From NCBI GenBank assembly GCA_026396065.1, contig JAPLXO010000003.1, forward strand, positions 1,304 through 65,303: a stretch of 64,000 nt of DNA, given 5' to 3'. Of the stretch, positions 39,557 through 46,056 are shown in pieces. The notes beneath the pieces are model-generated. The model did not search any database. It saw only the letters and a list, made by a program, of their open reading frames with translations, and was not told the DNA's origin. This DNA comes from Candidatus Nomurabacteria bacterium. GTDB lineage: Bacteria > Patescibacteriota > Minisyncoccia > Phycocordibacterales > UBA9973. Each line of letters begins with the position of its first letter. Position 1 is the stretch's first letter. Both the position numbers and the translations under genes were made by a program.

Positions 39557-39706
39557 AAGCGTTGAAGGGAAATCACCCCTGAGCTTTGGGAAGAAACCTG
39601 TAAAAAGGCGTAGAACCCATTAAATGAGAAGTAAGCAAGGTGGTACCACGAGAAACTCGTCCTTGTATAGCAATTTAATTATTGTTGTACGCGGACGAGT
39701 TTTTTT
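39557..39706 (+). promoter_or_regulatory. T-box riboswitch (Ile specifier ATC) with terminator upstream of ileS
   Basis: Antiterminator CAAGG-TGGTACC-ACGAG-AAA-CTCGT-CCTTG; terminator arm GGACGAG + T-run; ATC at 39572-39574. Confidence 0.88.
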
Positions 39707-39726
39707 AATTTTAATTTAATAAATAT

Positions 39727-42700
39727 ATGGAAGAAAAAAAAGATACAACTAAATCAGAAATAGCACTTCGCGAAGAAGCGGTTTTGGCTTTTTGGCGAGA
39801 AAATAAAACATTTGAAAAATCTTTAGAAAAAGAATCTCCAAAAGGAAATTATGTTTTTTATGATGGTCCACCATTTGCGACAGGGCAGATGCACTACGGG
39901 CATATTTTAGGTTCGACTGCGAAAGATGTCATCGGTCGCTATCAAACTATGCGCGGATACCATGTTCCACGAAAATGGGGCTGGGATTGTCATGGTTTGC
40001 CTATTGAAAACATTGTAGAAAAAGAACTCGGAATAGCAGGACATAAAGAAATTGAAAAATATGGAATAGAAAAGTTTATTGAGTATGCACGAAGTAAAGT
40101 TTTGCAATATGAAGATGATTGGGAATCTGGTGTAGAGCGTATCGGTCGCTGGGTGGATTTTCGTGGTGGCTACAAGACGATGGATAATAATTTTATCGAA
40201 TCAGTGTGGTGGGCGCTTTCAGAATTTTATAAAAAAGGTTTAGTTTATGAAGGTGTGCGCGTACTGGCGTATTGCGCCCGCTGTGAGACACCAATAGCGA
40301 ATTCCGAAATCGCGATGGATAACAGTTATAAAGATATTTCTGATCTTTCAGTATATGTGAAATTTGAATTAGTAGACGAACCAAATACATATTTACTCGC
40401 GTGGACTACTACACCTTGGACTTTGCCAGGGAATACTGCTATCGCGATAAATAAAGATATTGATTATGTAAAAGTAAGACTTACAGAGGATGCTCAAATC
40501 CAAAAAGCTGGAACAGGTACTTATAATGTTTATACTCCTGAATTTTTAATTTTAGCTAAAGTTCTTGTTGAGAAAGTTTTAAAGGATAAAATATTTGAAG
40601 TTGTTGAAGAATATAAAGGTGAAAAATTAGTCGGAAAATCATACAAACCAATTTTTAAATATTATGAAAATGTTGAAATGCCAAATAAAGAAAATATTTG
40701 GAAAGTTTGGCATGCAGATTTCGTAACGACAGAAAAGGGAACAGGTATCGCACACCAAGCCCCAGCTTTCGGAGAAGAAGACTTCGTCTTGGCAAAAGAA
40801 AATAACGTACCATTTATTATTCACGTGAATAATACTGGCAAATTCGTAGATCAAGTTTCTGATATGGCAGGGCTAGCAGTAAAACCAAAAGACACAGCTG
40901 AAGACAAAGACGCGCACATGCGCACAGACATAGAAGTCATCAGAAAACTCCAAGAAAACGGAGCATTTTTTGCGAAAGAAAAAATACTGCACTCATACCC
41001 GCACTGTATGCGTTGTGATACTCCTATTATTTATTATGCTTTGCCATCTTGGTTTATCAATATCACGAAAGTAAAATCAGATATTGCAAAAAGTGCCGAA
41101 GAAATGAATTGGATTCCAGCGCACCTAAAAGATGGAAGATTTAAAAATATTTTAGAATCTGCCCCTGATTGGAATATCTCTCGCAATCGTTATTGGGCTT
41201 CGCCTCTTCCTGTTTGGAAATGCACGAAGTGTAAAGAAATGAAATTTATTTCTTCACTTGAAGATTTGAAAAAGCATACAAAAAAATCTGGAAATAAATA
41301 TTTTGTAATGCGTCATGGTGAGACAGAGGCAAATAAAAAAGGAATAATCTGTTCTATGCCTTCTGGTAAGTGGCATTTGGATGAAGATGGAATAAGGCAA
41401 GTCGAAAATGCAGGTGAGAATATGAAAGATAAGAAAATCGACTTGATATTTGTATCTGATTTTACTCGTACACAAGAAACAGCTGAAATAATGAGGTTAA
41501 AACTCGGCTTGGAAAAAGAGAGTGTAATAGTAGAGAAAAGGCTTCGTGAAATAGGCGCGTATTCTTTTGATGGAAAAGTTTGGGATGAATATCACGCATT
41601 TCATACAAAGACAGTAGAGAATTTCAACAAGCGCGTGAATGATGATGAATCGTACGAAGATGTGAAAGTTCGTATGACAGCATTCCTATATGAAATAGAA
41701 GAAAAATATAAAGGTAAAAATATTTTATTTGTCACTCACGGTGGGCCAGCTTGGCTTTTGACGGCAGGATCTATGGGTAATGATGTAAAAGAAACCTTGG
41801 CAATGATTTTAGATGTTAAGGATTATCATTATTTCCAAAATGCGGAAATAAAAGAATTGGATTTTACTCCTATCTCACACAATGCAAAATTTGAACTTGA
41901 TTTTCATCGACCATATATCGACAATATAAATCTCATTTGTGAGTGTGGTGAAGAAATGAAAAGAATCCCAGAAGTGCTGGATTGCTGGTTTGAATCTGGT
42001 TCTATGCCTTTCGCTCAAGATCATTTTCCTTTTGACCCCGAAGGAAAGATTACTTCCTACGGGGCAGGAAATTCAGACTGGGAAAAGAACAACTTTCCTG
42101 CAGGATTCGTGGCTGAATATATCGCTCAGACTAGAACATGGTTCAACTACACTCTCACAGTTTCTTCTGTTTTATTTGGTCATGCACCTTTTAAAAATGT
42201 CGTGACGACTGGAACTGTGCGCGCAGAAGATGGAGAAAAAATGTCTAAATCGAAAAATAATTTCCCTAATCCAAAGACTTTATTTGATAAGTATGGTGTG
42301 GATGCACTTCGTATGTATTTGATGTCTGGTCCACTAATGAAAGGGGAAGATGCGAATTTCGTAGAAAAACTCGTACAAGAAATATCTAGTAAAATAGTCG
42401 GCCGACTTGAAAACGTTGTTGCCTTTTATGAATTGTATAAAGACACCTCACCCCAACCCTCTCCTTATAAAGGAGAGGGAGCTAAAAACGTGCTTGATGT
42501 ATGGATTCTTTCTCGACTTGCACAAGTGATGGAAGAAGTGACTCTTGGTATGGAAGCTTATGATATGGCTTCGGCTACAAAACCTTTTGATTTATTTATC
42601 GATGACCTTTCTACTTGGTATCTCCGTCGTTCCCGTGACAGAATGAAAGAAGAGGCAAGCAACCCCGAAGGAAAGAGTACTTCCTACGGGGCAAGAACGA

Positions 42701-43347
42701 CTTTGTATTTTGTACTCAAAAATTTGGCAAAAGTCATAGCTCCGTTTGCGCCATTCGTGTCAGAAAACATTTGGATGAAATTGCGACTTGAGAATGAAGT
42801 TGAAAGTGTACATTTAGTAAACTGGCCCGACCTCACCCTGCCCTCTCCTGGAGAGGAGAGGGTTCTAGAAGAGATGCAGAAAACGAGAAACATTGTTTCT
42901 GTGGGATTAAAAGAGAGGCAAAAATTAGGAATTCCTGTGCGTCAGGTTTTGGGTGGTGTGAAAGTTAGTATTGAAAAATTAGATAATGAATATTTAGATT
43001 TAATAAAAGAAGAGTTGAACGTCAAAGAAGTGACACTAGAAACTAGCAACTCGAACCTAGAAACTAGTGTCGTACTCGACACGGTCATTACTCCCGAACT
43101 AAAAGAAGAAGGGAACTACCGTGAACTCGTTCGCGCGATTCAAGACATGCGTAAAAAAGCAGGGCTCACTCCTTCAGATATAATTTCTCTTTCTATAGAA
43201 ACTGACGAGATAGGAAAATCTTTAATTCAAAAATTCGAAGCTGATTTCAAGAAAACTATTTTGGTGAAAGAAATAAAGTTTGAGAGTAATACTGGGGAAG
43301 AAGTAAAAGTGGATACTTTAATCTTTAAAGTTAGTATTGAAAAATAA
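39727..43347 (+). CDS. ileS: Isoleucine--tRNA ligase with inserted histidine-phosphatase domain
   Basis: DGPPFA, HYGH, GWDCHGLP, WTTTPWTLP, ISRNRYW, KMSKS; insert with RHGE and THGG. Confidence 0.96.
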   Translation: MEEKKDTTKSEIALREEAVLAFWRENKTFEKSLEKESPKGNYVFYDGPPFATGQMHYGHILGSTAKDVIGRYQTMRGYHVPRKWGWDCHGLPIENIVEKELGIAGHKEIEKYGIEKFIEYARSKVLQYEDDWESGVERIGRWVDFRGGYKTMDNNFIESVWWALSEFYKKGLVYEGVRVLAYCARCETPIANSEIAMDNSYKDISDLSVYVKFELVDEPNTYLLAWTTTPWTLPGNTAIAINKDIDYVKVRLTEDAQIQKAGTGTYNVYTPEFLILAKVLVEKVLKDKIFEVVEEYKGEKLVGKSYKPIFKYYENVEMPNKENIWKVWHADFVTTEKGTGIAHQAPAFGEEDFVLAKENNVPFIIHVNNTGKFVDQVSDMAGLAVKPKDTAEDKDAHMRTDIEVIRKLQENGAFFAKEKILHSYPHCMRCDTPIIYYALPSWFINITKVKSDIAKSAEEMNWIPAHLKDGRFKNILESAPDWNISRNRYWASPLPVWKCTKCKEMKFISSLEDLKKHTKKSGNKYFVMRHGETEANKKGIICSMPSGKWHLDEDGIRQVENAGENMKDKKIDLIFVSDFTRTQETAEIMRLKLGLEKESVIVEKRLREIGAYSFDGKVWDEYHAFHTKTVENFNKRVNDDESYEDVKVRMTAFLYEIEEKYKGKNILFVTHGGPAWLLTAGSMGNDVKETLAMILDVKDYHYFQNAEIKELDFTPISHNAKFELDFHRPYIDNINLICECGEEMKRIPEVLDCWFESGSMPFAQDHFPFDPEGKITSYGAGNSDWEKNNFPAGFVAEYIAQTRTWFNYTLTVSSVLFGHAPFKNVVTTGTVRAEDGEKMSKSKNNFPNPKTLFDKYGVDALRMYLMSGPLMKGEDANFVEKLVQEISSKIVGRLENVVAFYELYKDTSPQPSPYKGEGAKNVLDVWILSRLAQVMEEVTLGMEAYDMASATKPFDLFIDDLSTWYLRRSRDRMKEEASNPEGKSTSYGARTTLYFVLKNLAKVIAPFAPFVSENIWMKLRLENEVESVHLVNWPDLTLPSPGEERVLEEMQKTRNIVSVGLKERQKLGIPVRQVLGGVKVSIEKLDNEYLDLIKEELNVKEVTLETSNSNLETSVVLDTVITPELKEEGNYRELVRAIQDMRKKAGLTPSDIISLSIETDEIGKSLIQKFEADFKKTILVKEIKFESNTGEEVKVDTLIFKVSIEK

Positions 43348-43366
43348 GGGTATTTACTCATTTTGC

Positions 43367-43395
43367 TTGACTTTTTCGTGCATTGGTGCTATACT
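43367..43395 (+). promoter_or_regulatory. Sigma70-type promoter of the DGR target gene
   Basis: TTGACT-17 bp-TATACT with TG extension. Confidence 0.65.
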
Positions 43396-43530
43396 TTCAG
43401 TTGGTAAAGTTCGTTGAAAAATGCTTGTTTTTGGGCTTGTTGCTCGGTTTTAGGAATCTTTATTTTATTTGGATTCTTGAAACTGGGCAATAATGCTTGG
43501 GCTAAAAAAACAATCTAAAACAAAAACAAA

Positions 43531-44112
43531 ATGAAAAAATTTAAACTTGTATTGGTAATTGTTGCAATAGTTGCTTCAATTATCGCGAATGTTGTGTATG
43601 TACCTGAAGTTCGCATCCTTTGCTTTATTTTCGAATACTTCGCACTCGGTTTTTTACTTCTGCAAATTATCGCAGAGGAAAGTGGAATTGAAGTTATGAA
43701 ATTACCTGATTCTGAAACAGGCGAAACGATTTCAAAAGACTTCTTGAACTCGGGTTATTACTACGAGGGCATAGATGGCTTTTGGAAAAGTTTAGCAAAA
43801 CTTCTTCCCATTTTTCCTAAGGAAATTCTTCTTCAACAAATCAACGAAGGAGTAAAAACTGAAGAACAAATGATGGATGGCAGGAATTGGTTGTCGAGAA
43901 AGGAAGCTATGAGTTTCGGAGCACAAAATGTTAAAAGCGGTGAGTACAAAGACGGAAAGGTACGTATTTACTTCTTTAAAGACGAAGAAAACAAAGGTCA
44001 GCGCTCTGAGCTCTGCGTTTGTTTGGATGGTGACAGTCCGGACGTGGACGTGGGCAAGTTCAATCCAGAGAACCGGTGGCGCAATGGCCGCATCTCGTAT
44101 TCTCGCAAATAG
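43531..44112 (+). CDS. DGR target protein (N-terminal membrane anchor, C-terminal variable region)
   Basis: Two hydrophobic N-terminal segments; the C-terminal ~38 codons are the VR. Confidence 0.9.
   Translation: MKKFKLVLVIVAIVASIIANVVYVPEVRILCFIFEYFALGFLLLQIIAEESGIEVMKLPDSETGETISKDFLNSGYYYEGIDGFWKSLAKLLPIFPKEILLQQINEGVKTEEQMMDGRNWLSRKEAMSFGAQNVKSGEYKDGKVRIYFFKDEENKGQRSELCVCLDGDSPDVDVGKFNPENRWRNGRISYSRK
43994..44108 (+). repeat. DGR variable repeat (VR)
   Basis: 115-bp ungapped match to 44456-44570; 17 mismatches, all opposite TR adenines. Confidence 0.97.
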
Positions 44113-44455
44113 ATATTTGCGAAACTTATCTTAAAGGGCTCTTTGATTCTTTTGAATCTGGGGCCCTTTAATTTTTTTTTATTTTTTAAAATGTTAGAAT
44201 ATATACAGAACAGTGCGGTAATTTTCGGCAGTGTCCAATATTCTAATTAGAATACAAGCTTCTTGAAATACATTGTTTCGATTTTAATACGGTCAGAATT
44301 GTGTCGGCGAATTTTTATTTTCTTACACAAGAGCACGATATTATTTTCCATTAAAAAAATATTTATTGGTGATACTACTAGTGAGCTTCGATGCTCCAAA
44401 TAATATTCAAAAGTTTATGATTTAAACTTTGGTGGCACAGATGGTCGTATCACAG

Positions 44456-44570
44456 AAGGTCAGCGCTCTAAACTCTACGTTTATTTGAATGGTGACAATC
44501 CGAACGTGAACGTGAACAAGTTCAATCCAGAGAACAAGTGGAACAATGGCAACATCTCGTATTCTCGAAA
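44456..44570 (+). ncRNA. DGR template repeat (TR)
   Basis: AAC/AAT-rich (10 AAY codons in the VR frame), intergenic, adenine-only differences from VR. Confidence 0.95.
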
Positions 44571-44640
44571 CAAAAATTTTCTCCCCGTTTATCATTTTGG
44601 TAAATGAGGAGTTTTTAATTTACGTACATTTCTGCTATCG

Positions 44641-44985
44641 CTAGGATTTACGTAATTTTGTTTCGATTCCTTTTTTCCAACCTCCTAAAATTTTACCGAC
44701 TTCGTGAAGTTTACTTGAAAGTTCTAAATATTCTTTTTCTTTGATCAATTTGTTTTCAAAAGCAATTTGAAGTAGGTATTTTATAATGTCGTTCTTACTG
44801 ATAGCTTCGACTATCACAATGCTTTTGTTTTCCATCCCAGCATAGTATGCTTTGTAGATGAGTTCAAGTAAATCTAAAAAATGGTTTTCAATTCTGGCAC
44901 CAGTTGTATATCTGCCGATACGAGGCATATGAGGGACGATATTACTACACCAAATAGCGAAGCTCTCTTTTGTTCGCAAGATCAC
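44641..44985 (-). CDS. avd: DGR accessory variability determinant (Avd-like four-helix bundle)
   Basis: RYTTGARIE...EVGKILGGW pattern, basic, between TR and RT; true start uncertain (see GT tract). Confidence 0.88.
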   Translation of the reverse strand: MILRTKESFAIWCSNIVPHMPRIGRYTTGARIENHFLDLLELIYKAYYAGMENKSIVIVEAISKNDIIKYLLQIAFENKLIKEKEYLELSSKLHEVGKILGGWKKGIETKLRKS

Positions 44986-45010
44986 ACTGGCTTTCTCGAT
45001 GGAAAAAGTA

Positions 45011-45033
45011 GTGTGTGTGTGTGTGTGTGTGTG
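45011..45033. repeat. (GT)11G dinucleotide tract at the avd/RT junction
   Basis: Directly visible; the only long dinucleotide run noticed in the window. Confidence 0.97.
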
Positions 45034-46046
45034 GATTCAGCCATGCCTTCAATAATATCATATTGGTAGAAAATTTGTTTGTATCGTGGCGAGAATTTTT
45101 GCGAGGTAAAAGCAAACGAAAAGATGTGATTTTGTTTGGAATGAATTTGATGGATAATATTTTTTCTCTCCACAACGACCTTAAAAATAAAAAATATAAA
45201 CACAGTAATTACGAAGCATTTAAAATAAACGACCCGAAACCGAGAGACATACACAAAGCCAGTGTGCGAGACAGACTTTTACACCATTCTATCTATCGTA
45301 CGCTGTATCCGTACTTTGATAAGAAATTCATTTACGATTCATATTCTTGCCGATTAGGAAAGGGAACACATAAAGCAATATATAGATTTGAAAGTTTTGT
45401 AAATAAAGTAAGCAAGAATAATACAAAAACCTGCTGGGTTTTGAAATGCGACATCAGAAAGTTTTTTGCAAATATTGACCATGAAATATTGAAAAACATT
45501 TTGGCGAAATACATACAAGACAAAGATACATTAAATTTGTTAAGGAATATAATAGATAGCTTTCAAAGTGACACAAACTCTGCCTATGCAGAAAGTGTGT
45601 CACTTTCTGCTATTGGTTTACCGTTAGGTAATTTAACTTCACAGCTTCTAGTAAATATTTATATGAATGAATTTGATCAGTACGTGAAGCATAAGCTCAA
45701 AGTGAAATATTATATTAGATATGCGGATGATTTTGTAGTATTGAGTGAAGATAAAAAGTATTTGGAAGAAATACTGGAAGAAGTCGCAAATTTTCTGAAA
45801 GAAAATTTGCGACTAAAGTTACATCCAAACAAAGTTTTTAGTAAAACAATATTTTCTGGTGTAGACTTTCTCGGCTGGGTGCATTTTCCAAGACATCGAG
45901 TGTTGCGAAATGCTACTAAAAAAAGAATGCTTAGAAATTTAAAGAAAAATAGTAGTGAAAATGTAAAAGCTTCATATTTAGGAATGTTGAGTCATGGGAA
46001 TGGTTTTAAATTAAAGAATCATATTTACGCCATGGCTGAGATATAA
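45015..46046 (+). CDS. DGR reverse transcriptase
   Basis: RDRLLHH, SCRLGKGTH, KCDIRKFF, GLPLGNLTSQ (DGR-type), RYADDF, DFLG; start uncertain. Confidence 0.96.
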   Translation: MCVCVCGFSHAFNNIILVENLFVSWREFLRGKSKRKDVILFGMNLMDNIFSLHNDLKNKKYKHSNYEAFKINDPKPRDIHKASVRDRLLHHSIYRTLYPYFDKKFIYDSYSCRLGKGTHKAIYRFESFVNKVSKNNTKTCWVLKCDIRKFFANIDHEILKNILAKYIQDKDTLNLLRNIIDSFQSDTNSAYAESVSLSAIGLPLGNLTSQLLVNIYMNEFDQYVKHKLKVKYYIRYADDFVVLSEDKKYLEEILEEVANFLKENLRLKLHPNKVFSKTIFSGVDFLGWVHFPRHRVLRNATKKRMLRNLKKNSSENVKASYLGMLSHGNGFKLKNHIYAMAEI

Positions 46047-46056
46047 AATAAATATT

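Noticed and set aside
43033-43070. CTAGAAACTAG duplication near the ileS 3' end
   Set aside because: Short local tandem duplication with no other copies noticed; too weak to call an element.
44945-45254. ORFs 44945-45175 and 44982-45254 as independent genes
   Set aside because: Antisense to the RT; only the ATG at 45044 is relevant, as a possible out-of-frame avd start.
45015-46046. Group II intron or retron RT
   Set aside because: Short RT with LGNLTSQ, no maturase/endonuclease extension, and a clear TR/VR pair plus Avd identify a DGR.
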